NCBI GenBank assembly: GCA_965250285.1
Contig: OZ252299.1
Location: 2,464,001 to 2,528,000, forward strand
Length of the DNA stretch: 64,000 nucleotides
Reading direction: 5' to 3'
DNA from: Myxococcota bacterium
Lineage (GTDB): Bacteria; Myxococcota_A; UBA9160; UBA4427
Below the pieces are notes generated by a model. The model ran no database searches. It had not been told where the DNA came from and was given only the letters and a program-made list of their open reading frames with translations. Below are positions 9,931 to 19,586 of this stretch, piece after piece; the stretch's first letter is position 1, and the number at the start of each line of letters is the position of its first letter. The translations under genes and the position numbers were made by a program.

Positions 9931-10161
9931 GTGGACGAGCGTATCGAATCTGGACGAATTCCGAGCCGACAACCCGGGATCGGCGCCCCACGGCGATCGA
10001 TGCTGTGCTGAAACCTGCGCACAGCGGCGGCGACGCTGCCCATCGCCCGGGGCAACGCGGGCGACGACTCGCGTGCGCCCCCGCACTGCGTGCGCCAGGA
10101 GAAGCCCCGCCCGGCTCGACCGAAGACGGGCGCGAACCGGGCGGGGCAAGGTCGAGCCGAG

Positions 10162-11940
10162 CTAGCTGCAGGCGTCCTGCTGAACGCCGTTGCCGCAGTC
10201 GAACAGGATGCGCCCTTCCCCGGCGTTCGGATAGTCGGTCGCCGTCACCGTCCCGAGCGCCTCGAGGAAGTTTCGGAACGACACCTGATCACCCAGCGGC
10301 GTCTGCGTCACCGTCACGCCAGGCGTGTTGGTGAGGTCGGGCTGGCCATCGCCGCCCCCGATCGAGAAGTTGAGCTGCGCGATCGTCGCGGTGCCCACCT
10401 GCGTCACGCCGCCCGCGACGACCACCGTGCCATCCGCAAGCACGAACTCGCTCAGCGTCCCGTCCGGCAGGATCACCACCTGCGTGCCATCCGAGACCTG
10501 AATGAAGCCGCCGTCCTGAACGCCCACACCGCTCACGAGCCCGTTCTCGACGATGGCACGCAGGGTCGCGAACTCGACGTTCTCGGCGATGCTGATGAAG
10601 TTGCCGAAGGGCTGCAGCGCGAACGTATCCGCGACACTGAGGTCGCCGATCGGCACGTCGAGATCCTGACCGCGGATGCCTCCGCCATTCATGAAGAAGA
10701 CCTGCGGCACGGGCAGACCGAGGGGTCCCGCCTCGGCGGTGGCACCGGCCAGATGTGCGTCGGCGATCAGGTTGCCGAGGTTCGCTTCGCGCACGCGCTT
10801 GACGGCGCGCGAGTTGTCGAGCACGACTTCGGTGCTCGCGATCACCTGGGCCTCGAGCGCGGCGCGGGCCTCGGCCACCGGCTCTTCGATCGTGCGCACC
10901 GCACGGCGATTCGCGCGCACGCTGTCGTCGACGACACGCAGACCCGAGTCGCCCTCGTCGATGTCGATCACCTTGCCGTTGCGGTCGAAGCTGACCTGCA
11001 GAATGCCGAGGTAGCGGTAGTTGCCGGGCGTGGTGACGACCGGCACTTCGTTCCCCGACGCGTCGATGGCGATCTGCGGGTATGCGCCGAAGATCTCTTC
11101 TTCGTCACCGGGGACGAGCGCGTCACCGGGGTCGGCGAGGATCTCGTCACCACCCCCACCGATCACGACGTCGACGTCGGTGAGGGAGGAAACCAGCGCG
11201 ATCTCGCTCTGGATCCCTTGCAGGTGCGAAACGAGAATGATCTTGTCGATCCCGAGCCCGGTCAGCGCATCGATCTCGGCCTGCGCGAAACCGGCGAGAT
11301 CCTGCCCCACCTCGACCAGCCCGGGCGACGAGATCTCGCGCAGGGTGTCGGTGGTGAGACCGACGACTCCGATAAGTTCGCCCCGCACCCAGATGACCGT
11401 GCTCGGCACGAGCTGCTTGAGGCCAGCGGTCGCCGGATCGTTGCTGTAGTCGAGATTGGCCGAAACGAAGGGCAGCGTGCCGAAGCGCGGCTGCGCCGCC
11501 TCGGCGAAGCTCGCAAACGTCGAGCTGCCGAAGTCGAACTCGTGATTGCCGATGCCGAGCGCGTCGTAGCCGACGAGCCCGACGGCGAGTGCATCGAAGT
11601 CGATGCCCGCCTCGTTCGAAGCCTCGCGGGTCAGGCCGGCGAGAAAGTTGTCGCCCGAGTTCAGCGTGACGAAGCCGCGCCGAAAGCTCTCGCCGCGGTC
11701 CCAATTGAAGTACGAGCGAAGCCACTCGCGCCGCACCGTCGTGACGAAGCGGCCGATGCCGCCGTACTCGACGCCGTCGATGTCGCTCGGCAAGAGCGCC
11801 GACTCGCCGTCGTTGTTGTGTGCAATCGTGAGGGTGAAGGCCGCGCCCTTCCCCGTCGCAGCGGCCGGCTCGACGGCGATCAGGCCGATGCTCCCCGCCA
11901 TCACTGTCGCGGCGATCAGCCGCTTGGCTTGCTCGAACAT
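10162..11940 (-). CDS. Secreted bifunctional metallophosphatase / 5'-nucleotidase
   Basis: Signal peptide; HNNDGES, SGDNF, GNHEFDFG, SANL; C-domain EANLGNLIADA, NGGGIR, PFGN, GGDG; ATG 11940 with GGAG RBS. Confidence 0.9.
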   Translation of the reverse strand: MFEQAKRLIAATVMAGSIGLIAVEPAAATGKGAAFTLTIAHNNDGESALLPSDIDGVEYGGIGRFVTTVRREWLRSYFNWDRGESFRRGFVTLNSGDNFLAGLTREASNEAGIDFDALAVGLVGYDALGIGNHEFDFGSSTFASFAEAAQPRFGTLPFVSANLDYSNDPATAGLKQLVPSTVIWVRGELIGVVGLTTDTLREISSPGLVEVGQDLAGFAQAEIDALTGLGIDKIILVSHLQGIQSEIALVSSLTDVDVVIGGGGDEILADPGDALVPGDEEEIFGAYPQIAIDASGNEVPVVTTPGNYRYLGILQVSFDRNGKVIDIDEGDSGLRVVDDSVRANRRAVRTIEEPVAEARAALEAQVIASTEVVLDNSRAVKRVREANLGNLIADAHLAGATAEAGPLGLPVPQVFFMNGGGIRGQDLDVPIGDLSVADTFALQPFGNFISIAENVEFATLRAIVENGLVSGVGVQDGGFIQVSDGTQVVILPDGTLSEFVLADGTVVVAGGVTQVGTATIAQLNFSIGGGDGQPDLTNTPGVTVTQTPLGDQVSFRNFLEALGTVTATDYPNAGEGRILFDCGNGVQQDACS

Positions 11941-12334
11941 GAGTTCTCTCCGTGGTGATGTTCTTCGTGGATGCGGACACGCCCGCGCGTCGTGCACGCA
12001 GGCACCTGCCGAAGCGCACGCCGGCCGGGGCACCGCATCGGTCAGCGGCGTCGCGGCGCGCGAGGCACGCGCACTTCGAGCCCGCAGCATCGACCATGAA
12101 CTTGTCGCTTCGAATTCAGCTGGTTGACGCTTCGAGATCGACTGCTTGACGCTTCAGAGGTGGGTCTGTCACGAATGCACGACGAGCGCGACGCAATCAC
12201 CTCAGTGGTGGAACCGGCTGAATCGGTGCCCAGGCAGTCGACCGGGACACCGCAGCCCTCGACACGCCACCAGCACGTGTCGGTCGCGCATGCACGCGTG
12301 ATCCACGACGACCAGGCACGCAGACATCACCCGG

Positions 12335-12907
12335 TCAGCTCTCGTTGGCCACCAGCAGAAAACCGACCAGGAGCGCGTAGTACAGCCCCAGGAGGATCTG
12401 GTGCGTCCGGCGCGAGCCCGACCGCATCGCGACGATGCAGGCGACGATCGCGAGCCCGCGAGCCAGATTCTCGGGATGCAGGAGAGGCTGATGCAGGATC
12501 AAGGCATCGCCGACCGTGAAGAGCACGAAGGTCGTGGCGGCCAATCCGTAGACGCGCCCACGCTGCGCGAAGTAGTACTCGCCGAGGTCGATGCGTTCTC
12601 CGGGCGCCGCATCCGATCGAGCGTCGGCTGGCACCAGCACCAGACCCGCGACCACGAGACACCCGACGGGCGCCAGTACCGACAGCACCGCGAGGTAGCT
12701 CCACGTCTCGACGAGCCGGAAGTTCCAGAAGCCCCACCAGAACTGGGTGAGCAGCAGCACGAGTAGACCCGTCGCTGCCAGGTGGACCGGGTCGAAGCGC
12801 ACGCGGTCGCCCGCCTGCAGCAGACGCGCGAAGGCGGCGAACAAGTGGCCGATGCCAATTGCGAGCTCGAGCGAGACGAGGACGGCGATGTACTCGAAGT
12901 GCGTCAT
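12335..12907 (-). CDS. Hypothetical integral membrane protein
   Basis: MTHFEYIAVLVSLELAIGI..., about 6 hydrophobic segments, DLGEYYF motif. Confidence 0.8.
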   Translation of the reverse strand: MTHFEYIAVLVSLELAIGIGHLFAAFARLLQAGDRVRFDPVHLAATGLLVLLLTQFWWGFWNFRLVETWSYLAVLSVLAPVGCLVVAGLVLVPADARSDAAPGERIDLGEYYFAQRGRVYGLAATTFVLFTVGDALILHQPLLHPENLARGLAIVACIVAMRSGSRRTHQILLGLYYALLVGFLLVANES

Positions 12908-13112
12908 GTGATGGTCCGACGATCGCTCAGCCGGGCGCCGTCGCAAGCCATCGACGCGTCGCCTGAGCTCGAATCAGCGAGATGCGACGGGTTCGGTGGG
13001 GTGACTGACGGCGCTGCTGATCGGTGCTTCAATGTCGGTGTGTGCCTAGACCATCGACGCCGGGCCGAGCCGACGCACCCCGCCGATCCACCTGGCCGAA
13101 GCGAGGAAGAGC

Positions 13113-14876
13113 ATGGGCTACGAGCAGATCACGACCGAGCTGGACGACGAGGTGTTGACCATCACCCTCAACCGGCCCGAGAAGCTGAACGCCTGGACCC
13201 ACACGATGATCGCCGAGATGTCCGACGCGATCGCGCAGGGCAACGACGACGACGGCATCGGCGCCTTCGTGATCGCCGGGGCCGGCCGCGCGTTCTGCGC
13301 AGGGGCCGACATCGAGGCGCTGTTCAAGACCCAGGCCGACAGCGGTGAGATCTCGCGCGGGCCCGAGGCCTCGAGCAACTGGGTCGACCTCGTCCGCACC
13401 TCGAAGCCGATGGTCGCCGCCGTGCACGGCGTCTGCTTCGGCGTCGGGCTCAGCCAGCTGATGGGGATGGACGTGATCGTCGCGGCCCGCGACGCGCGCA
13501 TGAGCTTTCGCTTCATCAAGATGGGGCTGATCCCCGAGCTCGGCAGCTCGCGGTTCCTCGTGGCGCGCGCGGGCTTCGGTCAGGCGAGTCGGTTGATGCT
13601 GTCGGGCGACACGTTCTCGGGTGAGGAGGCCGCCCAGATGGGCCTCGCCGACGTCGTCGTCGAAGCCGATGCGCTCCTCGACGAGGCGAAGCGCATCGCG
13701 CGCTCGATGGGGACGAACCCCGGCTGGGCCGTGCGCGAAGTCAAGAAGCTGCTGACCGAGAACATGGGCGAGACCGACCTCGACGTCGTCCAGCGCCGTG
13801 AGCTGCAGTCGCTCAAGCAAGCCTACAAGACGCCCGAGCACCTCGAGGCGATCGACGCGTTCATGCAGAAGCGCGAGCCCGACTTCAAGCGCGCGCGTCG
13901 CGGATCGAGCGGAGCCGACCCCGGCGAACGCGCCGGCCCGAGCGCGTACCGGCTATGCGAGGCCGAGGCACTTTCGCGTGGCGCCGGCGATCGCCTGGGC
14001 CATCGCCGTCGGGCCCTGCCCGAGCAGCTCGAGGTTGAAAACCTCGGGCGCCCAGATCGGATCGACCCCCTTCTTCTCGAGCGCGGCGAAGAGCGCCGCG
14101 AAATCGACCTCTCCGTCGCCGGGCAACAGTCGCTGGGTCATCGACTCGGTCATCATGTCGTCACCGCTCGCGGTGCTCGTCGTGTCGTCGAGCTGCACGC
14201 AGTGAATTCGATCGGCCGGAATCTCGTCGAGCGTGTCGAAGTCGGGCCCGCCCGGCTGTCGCAGCCAGTGCCAGGTGTCGACCACCAGACCGACGTTGTC
14301 GAGGCCGGTCGCCTGCACGAGCTGCCACGCGCTCTTGATGTCGGGGAGCCCCGACCAGGGCAGCCACTCGATGCTGACCTTGAGGCCACGGTCGGCCGCG
14401 ACCTGCCCGAGATGCGTGAGCCCGCGCGTCGCGGCGGCCGTATCGATCTCGGGCGCCATCACCACGCCCGCGACGGCCTCGGCGCCGTAGAAGCTCGCCA
14501 CGTCGAAGGTGCCGCCGTTCATCTGGTCGATCTCGGCCGTGTCGCCACCCTCCCAGCCGATCAGCGACTCGACGACAGGCACGCTGAGCCCGCGATCGTC
14601 GTGCCAGGCCTTCACCTCTTCGGGGGCGACGCCAGCCCCGACGGCGGCCAGGTGGTGGAAGGCCCAGAGCGAGACGCCCGCGAAGCCGGCGTCGGCCGAC
14701 GCATCGACGATGCTCTTCACCTGGTCGGGCGTGACCTCCATGGCACCGCCCACCAAGGGGGCGTTGCACAGCACCAGTCGCTTCTCGTTCACGGGGCTCA
14801 TGGCGTCTCGATCTCCTTGCGCGCGGGGGCGGTTTCGCGGCCCGCTGACCGGGCCTTCGAGGGAGCGCGAGTCTAG
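13113..14876 (+). CDS. Enoyl-CoA hydratase/isomerase (domain ends ~13895; ORF lacks a stop there)
   Basis: ITLNRPEKLNA, GRAFCAGAD, KPMVAAVHG, MGLIPELG, EAIDAFMQKREPDF; GAGGA RBS; the ~325 further codons look like antisense shadow. Confidence 0.85.
   Translation: MGYEQITTELDDEVLTITLNRPEKLNAWTHTMIAEMSDAIAQGNDDDGIGAFVIAGAGRAFCAGADIEALFKTQADSGEISRGPEASSNWVDLVRTSKPMVAAVHGVCFGVGLSQLMGMDVIVAARDARMSFRFIKMGLIPELGSSRFLVARAGFGQASRLMLSGDTFSGEEAAQMGLADVVVEADALLDEAKRIARSMGTNPGWAVREVKKLLTENMGETDLDVVQRRELQSLKQAYKTPEHLEAIDAFMQKREPDFKRARRGSSGADPGERAGPSAYRLCEAEALSRGAGDRLGHRRRALPEQLEVENLGRPDRIDPLLLERGEERREIDLSVAGQQSLGHRLGHHVVTARGARRVVELHAVNSIGRNLVERVEVGPARLSQPVPGVDHQTDVVEAGRLHELPRALDVGEPRPGQPLDADLEATVGRDLPEMREPARRGGRIDLGRHHHARDGLGAVEARHVEGAAVHLVDLGRVATLPADQRLDDRHAEPAIVVPGLHLFGGDASPDGGQVVEGPERDAREAGVGRRIDDALHLVGRDLHGTAHQGGVAQHQSLLVHGAHGVSISLRAGAVSRPADRAFEGARV
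13953..14801 (-). CDS. Sugar phosphate isomerase/epimerase (xylose isomerase-like TIM barrel)
   Basis: SIEWLP, VVDTWH, VQLDD, RLLPGDGEVDF, APEVF metal-ligand pattern; ATG 14801 with AGGAG RBS. Confidence 0.9.
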   Translation of the reverse strand: MSPVNEKRLVLCNAPLVGGAMEVTPDQVKSIVDASADAGFAGVSLWAFHHLAAVGAGVAPEEVKAWHDDRGLSVPVVESLIGWEGGDTAEIDQMNGGTFDVASFYGAEAVAGVVMAPEIDTAAATRGLTHLGQVAADRGLKVSIEWLPWSGLPDIKSAWQLVQATGLDNVGLVVDTWHWLRQPGGPDFDTLDEIPADRIHCVQLDDTTSTASGDDMMTESMTQRLLPGDGEVDFAALFAALEKKGVDPIWAPEVFNLELLGQGPTAMAQAIAGATRKCLGLA

Positions 14877-15029
14877 TTGCCATTTCGCGGCGCTGCCGCG
14901 AACCCTGCCCGCGGCAGCCACCTGCCCGGTGAATGCGAGAGGGACGCACGCGACGTGGGCTGGCGGCGCAGCTCCGTCCCCGTGAGCTACGCGCCACGGG
15001 CCGAGGCGAGGCGGGCTCGATGGGTGTCG

Positions 15030-15452
15030 TCAGGTCGATTCACGCGCAGGCGCGTGCGTGACGCCCAGCTGCGTGATCAGCAGGGCGGCCCCGATCAGCG
15101 CAAACCCCTTGAGGAACGAGGCCTGCTGGATCGCGCGCATCGCCTCGCCCTCCGCGTGGAGCATCTCATAGCCATGGACGGTGACGGTCACGGGCAGCAG
15201 GAAGGCCACGATCAGCCATCCCCCGAGACGCGGTCGCCAATCGAACAGAATCATCCCCGCGCCAACCAGCTCGACGATGCCCGAGCTCAGCACCCAGAAT
15301 TCGCGGAACGGGATCGAAGGGTGCATCAGCGCGGCGTACCGACCGACGTCCGTGAAGTGGGTGATGCCCGACAAGATGAAGATCTGAGTGAAGAGAATGC
15401 GGGCCGCGATCGTCAGCACCCGGTGATTCGGGAGTCGTTCGTCCGAGAGCAC
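15030..15452 (-). CDS. DoxX family membrane protein
   Basis: ARILFTQIFILSGITHF, VELVGAGMILF, FLLPVTVTVH, FLKGFALIGAALL; GTG 15452 after GGAGG. Confidence 0.85.
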   Translation of the reverse strand: MLSDERLPNHRVLTIAARILFTQIFILSGITHFTDVGRYAALMHPSIPFREFWVLSSGIVELVGAGMILFDWRPRLGGWLIVAFLLPVTVTVHGYEMLHAEGEAMRAIQQASFLKGFALIGAALLITQLGVTHAPAREST

Positions 15453-15489
15453 GATTCGTTGGACCTCCTGGTCGTGAGGGGATGTCGGC

Positions 15490-15987
15490 TCAGGCCGACG
15501 GCGTCGCGTTGTGCTCGACCCAAGCACGGATGCGTCGCTTGCGCGCTGTCGTCGCGTCCGACGCCACACTCGCCACGATCTCTTCGAGCGCCACTGACGC
15601 GAGGGCCTCGCGGTAGACCGCCTCGGCGCTCGCAAAAGCCGCCGCGATCGAGCACGGGCGAGCGCACTCGGCCGTCGACGCACCGCAAGGGCCGCTGCGC
15701 CGCACTTCGGTACAGCGGAAGCTCGGCGCTGTCCCTTCGATGGCCGCGGTGACATCCCAGAGCGTGATCGTCTCGGGCGGCTTCGCGAGGCGATACCCGC
15801 CGGCGGCGCCGCGCTTCGCGGTGACGAGGCCAGCCCGACTGAGCGCCTGGAGCTGCTTGGCCAGATAGGGTGCGGGCACCCCGAGAAAGGCCGCGAGCAC
15901 CTCACCCGGAAGCGCCGCGCCCGGGGGCAGCAGCGCCAGCAGCGCACATGTGTGGGCCGCCCACTCGACGCCCTTCCCGATCTTCAA
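15490..15987 (-). CDS. Rrf2 family transcriptional regulator, RsrR-like
   Basis: YLAKQLQALSRAGLV..RGAAGGYRLAKPPETITLWDV; E8/W9/H12 and C92/C112; TTG start overlaps the upstream stop. Confidence 0.9.
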   Translation of the reverse strand: MKIGKGVEWAAHTCALLALLPPGAALPGEVLAAFLGVPAPYLAKQLQALSRAGLVTAKRGAAGGYRLAKPPETITLWDVTAAIEGTAPSFRCTEVRRSGPCGASTAECARPCSIAAAFASAEAVYREALASVALEEIVASVASDATTARKRRIRAWVEHNATPSA

Positions 15988-16418
15988 GAGCCGAGCGCCG
16001 CGCGCAGGGCGTCGACACGCGCCCGGTTCACGCCCCGGTCCGAATAGCCGACCCGCGAAGCCGAGCGAACGTGGACGGCCTCGTCGGCGCGGCGAAACTC
16101 CACGTCGTCGACGAAACCGAACGTCTCCGACGTGAACTCCGCGGCCACGTAGTCGTCGCCCTGCGCCGTCACGACCCCACCCATCTCGACGATCGTGTCC
16201 GGCAGCCGAATCCAGACGCCAGCCGGCAGCGGCGCGACCTCCTTCTCGGCGACGGCACCCGCTTCGCTCGAAACGCAGTTCGGCGAAGCCGGGCACGCCG
16301 TCAGGCGACCATCGACGAGGCCGGCCGCGGCGCCGTTGCGGGATTGCGCCCCGAGATAGAAGAACCCCCCGACCCCGAGGACGACCAACGCGATGGCACC
16401 GATCATGACGAACTTCAT
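15984..16418 (-). CDS. DUF1499 family protein
   Basis: N-terminal TM; LTACPASPNCVSS, FGFVDDVEF, VRSASRVGYSDRGVNRARV; GGAGGAG RBS. Confidence 0.9.
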   Translation of the reverse strand: MKFVMIGAIALVVLGVGGFFYLGAQSRNGAAAGLVDGRLTACPASPNCVSSEAGAVAEKEVAPLPAGVWIRLPDTIVEMGGVVTAQGDDYVAAEFTSETFGFVDDVEFRRADEAVHVRSASRVGYSDRGVNRARVDALRAALGS

Positions 16419-16442
16419 GGCGACTCCTCCGTCGAGCGTCAG

Positions 16443-16475
16443 CTCAATTGCGGATAATTTTTATCTACAATTGAG
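16443..16475. promoter_or_regulatory. Inverted-repeat operator, probable Rrf2 site
   Basis: CTCAATTGCGGATAA-TTT-TTATCTACAATTGAG (13/15 arm match), AT-rich, directly upstream of the DUF1499-rrf2-doxX operon. Confidence 0.75.
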
Positions 16476-16697
16476 TCCCCCGTCAACCCCTGCTTCACGT
16501 GTGGATACGGGCCACGAACAACGGGGCGCCGTGAGAATCGAGCCGCCCGCATCGCGTACGATCGGCGCACTCGAAAGCACGGCGGGGCTCGCCGCGGCGC
16601 GCAGCCCGCGCGGTGGGTCTCCCCTCCGCGAATTCAGTATCTTGTCCGCGCGGAGGTTCGCCATCCACCGTCCTCGATATCCTGCGTTCGGAGCCAC

Positions 16698-18407
16698 GTG
16701 AGTCCCACCCCGCTTCGCCTGATCCTCGCCCCCGAGAAGAGCTTCTATGCGCTGGCGGCGATCTATGCCGTCGCCATCGGCGTTCTGACGCTCTCGATCC
16801 CACTCTCCGTTCAGGTGCTGATCAGCACCGTGGCGAACACGGCTCAGTACGGCCCGCTCCTGATCCTCTCCGTCGCGCTGCTCGTGCTCCTCGCGTTCTC
16901 TTCGGTGTTCCTCGCGCTCCAGGACTACACCCTCGAGCTCTTCGAGCGGCGCTTCTTTGCGCGGATCTCGTCCGAGATCGTGCTGCGATACGTGTACGCG
17001 AACTACGGCGATCTCGAGCGAGTCAACCGCGACGAGATGGCGAATCGCTACTTCGACATCATGACGGTGCAGAAGGAGGTGCCGATCCTGCTGACCGGCG
17101 GCATCTCGCTCGTGCTGCAGACGATGGTGGGCTTCGGCGTCACGTCGTTCTATCACCCCTCGTTCCTGCTCTTCAACGTCGGCGTCGTGCTGGCGGCGAC
17201 GCTCATCTGGTGGGCGCTTCATTCCGGTGCCAAGGCGACGGCGCTCTCTCTTTCGTCGGCCAAATACGACATGGCCGGATGGCTCGAAGAGCTGGCGCGC
17301 GCCAACGCCTTCTTCAAGTCGCACCGCAGCATCGAACACGCGCTCGCGCGCTCGGAGGAGCTGTCACGCAACTACGTCGAGCAGAAGCGCCGCCACTTCT
17401 CGTACACGTTCGGACAGATGGTCGGCTTCATCGCGCTGTACGCCGTGGCGAGCGCCGCACTCCTCGGCCTCGGCGGGTCGCTCGTCATCTCGGGCGAGCT
17501 GACCCTGGGCCAGCTGGTCGCTGCCGAGCTGATCCTCTCGGCGATCTTCGTGGGGCTGACCCGGCTCGGCTACTACATGCGCTCGTACTACGCGCTGAAC
17601 GCCGCCGCGAAGAAGATCTCGGTCTTCTTCGACCTGCCCCTCGAAGACGTGCGCGGCGACGAGCGGCTGACGCCCGATTCGGGGGCGCTCGTCGTGCGGG
17701 ACGTGCGCACCCACGATCGGGGCGAGGGCCTCAGCGTCGACCTCGAGGTGCCGTCCGGCTCGCAGGTGCTGGTTGCGGCCTCCTCCGCCGTGCTCGTCAA
17801 GCAGTTCACCGACCTGCTCCAGCGCTTCTGCGAGCCCGAGGCCGGCTCGATCTCGATCGGCGGCGTCGACATCTCGGACTTCGACCGACAGCGCCTGCGC
17901 GATGAGATCCTCGTGATCGACAGCACCGTGCTGCTCGAACGCAGCGCCTCCGACTTCCTCGAGCTCGCCGACCCGAACGCATCTCGAGCGCTGATTCGCG
18001 AGGTCATCGAGCAGGTCGCGCTGACCGAGGTGTTCCAGCGGATCGAAGGCGGGCTCGACCGGAGGCTGACGCACTACGGCTATCCACTCTCGGTCTCCGA
18101 GACCATGCGACTCAAGCTCGCGTACGCGATTCTGGCCCGTCCCAAGCTGCTGGTGCTCGGACCGCTCTTCGACGTCGTCGGGCGCGAGCGCCGCAACCTG
18201 GCGCTCGACGCGATTCGAACCGTCCCCGACCTCACGCTCGTCTACTTCAGCAACCGCCGTGACCTCGACCGCTTCGACCAGTATGTCTGGTTCACCTCAG
18301 AGCGACAGCAGTACGTCTCGGGCCTCGACGCGCTGCAGGAGATCGAGCGCAACGAGGCGACGCCCATCGGGCGCGTCCGGCCCGCCTCCGAAGTGGGGGA
18401 TCGCTGA
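16698..18407 (+). CDS. ABC exporter (T1SS/peptidase-exporter-like TMD + degenerate NBD)
   Basis: ABC membrane domain (NRYFDIMTVQK, GELTLGQLVAAEL); NBD has no Walker A, signature LSVSE, Walker B LLVLGP. Confidence 0.88.
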   Translation: MSPTPLRLILAPEKSFYALAAIYAVAIGVLTLSIPLSVQVLISTVANTAQYGPLLILSVALLVLLAFSSVFLALQDYTLELFERRFFARISSEIVLRYVYANYGDLERVNRDEMANRYFDIMTVQKEVPILLTGGISLVLQTMVGFGVTSFYHPSFLLFNVGVVLAATLIWWALHSGAKATALSLSSAKYDMAGWLEELARANAFFKSHRSIEHALARSEELSRNYVEQKRRHFSYTFGQMVGFIALYAVASAALLGLGGSLVISGELTLGQLVAAELILSAIFVGLTRLGYYMRSYYALNAAAKKISVFFDLPLEDVRGDERLTPDSGALVVRDVRTHDRGEGLSVDLEVPSGSQVLVAASSAVLVKQFTDLLQRFCEPEAGSISIGGVDISDFDRQRLRDEILVIDSTVLLERSASDFLELADPNASRALIREVIEQVALTEVFQRIEGGLDRRLTHYGYPLSVSETMRLKLAYAILARPKLLVLGPLFDVVGRERRNLALDAIRTVPDLTLVYFSNRRDLDRFDQYVWFTSERQQYVSGLDALQEIERNEATPIGRVRPASEVGDR

Positions 18408-19537
18408 TGGCTGAACCTGCCCACAGCGGCGCGGCGCACCCGATGACGCGCGGGCACAACGTGCACGTCGACGTTTCCGACCTGCATACGCTCGTACCCG
18501 ACGAGTATCTCGACCGGTTCGAGACGCTCGATTCGGTCACGACGCCCTCGCCGGTCCGCATTCTGGCCGGCATGATCGTCCTGATCCTGATCGTCATCGT
18601 CGCCATGCTCTTCTTCACGCCCTGGGTGCAGACCGCTCTCGGCCAGGGTCGCGTCACCGCGCTCGATCCGGATGCGCGACTCCAGGCCATCACCGTGCTG
18701 GTCGACGGTCGCATCAACCGCTGGTACGTCCGCGACGGCAGCCGAGTGAAAGCGGGCGACCCCATCGTCGAGGTCGTCGACATCGACCCGCGGCTCGTCG
18801 AGCGCCTCGAAGCCGAGCGCGCCGCGGTCGCGAGCAAGTACATGGCCGCCCGAAACGCGCGGGTCGTGGCCGAGATCGACGCCGAGCGGCAGCAGGAGCT
18901 CTTCGACGACGGGCTCGCCGCGCGACGTGAGGTCGAGCGCGCCACGATCAACTACGAAGAGTTCGCGGCCAAGGAGGCGACGGCGTTGGCCGAGCTGAAC
19001 GCCGCAGACGTCAAGCTCTCGAGGCAGTCGACCCAGCTCGTCACCGCGCCGCGGGACGGTGCCATCGTCAACCTGCAGGCGGGCGACAAGGCGACCTACG
19101 TGACGGCGGGACAGACGCTCGCCACGCTCGCGCCCTCCGACGTCGAAGAGGCGGTCGAGCTCTACGTGAGCGGCCTCGACGCCCCGCTGATCGAGCCAGG
19201 CCGCAGCGTGCGCCTCGAATTCGAGGGCTGGCCCGTGGTGCAGTTCAGCGGCTGGCCTTCGGTCGCCGTGGGCACGTTCGGGGGCATCGTCGCATCGGTC
19301 GACCCGGCGGTTTCACCGAACGGGCTGTTTCGCGTGCTCGTGCGCGCTGACCCCGAAGACCCGTGGCCCTCCGAGCGCTATCTGCGCCTGGGGTCTCAGG
19401 CGAAGGGGTGGGTCTTGCTCAATACCGTCCCCCTCGGCTACGAGCTCTGGCGACAGCTGAACCGATTCCCGCCCCTGCCCGACCCGGCGACGCAAGCGGC
19501 TGAGAGCGGCAAAGCCGCACCGAGCCAGGCAAAGTAG
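18407..19537 (+). CDS. HlyD family membrane fusion protein
   Basis: N-terminal TM, GRI..WYVRDGSRVKAGDPI lipoyl half, coiled coil, VTAPRDG, VRLEFEGWPVVQFSGWP. Confidence 0.9.
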   Translation: MAEPAHSGAAHPMTRGHNVHVDVSDLHTLVPDEYLDRFETLDSVTTPSPVRILAGMIVLILIVIVAMLFFTPWVQTALGQGRVTALDPDARLQAITVLVDGRINRWYVRDGSRVKAGDPIVEVVDIDPRLVERLEAERAAVASKYMAARNARVVAEIDAERQQELFDDGLAARREVERATINYEEFAAKEATALAELNAADVKLSRQSTQLVTAPRDGAIVNLQAGDKATYVTAGQTLATLAPSDVEEAVELYVSGLDAPLIEPGRSVRLEFEGWPVVQFSGWPSVAVGTFGGIVASVDPAVSPNGLFRVLVRADPEDPWPSERYLRLGSQAKGWVLLNTVPLGYELWRQLNRFPPLPDPATQAAESGKAAPSQAK

Positions 19538-19586
19538 CGCCGCGACCGCGGTGCCCGCGATCAGATCGACGCGCCCTGCACCAGGC

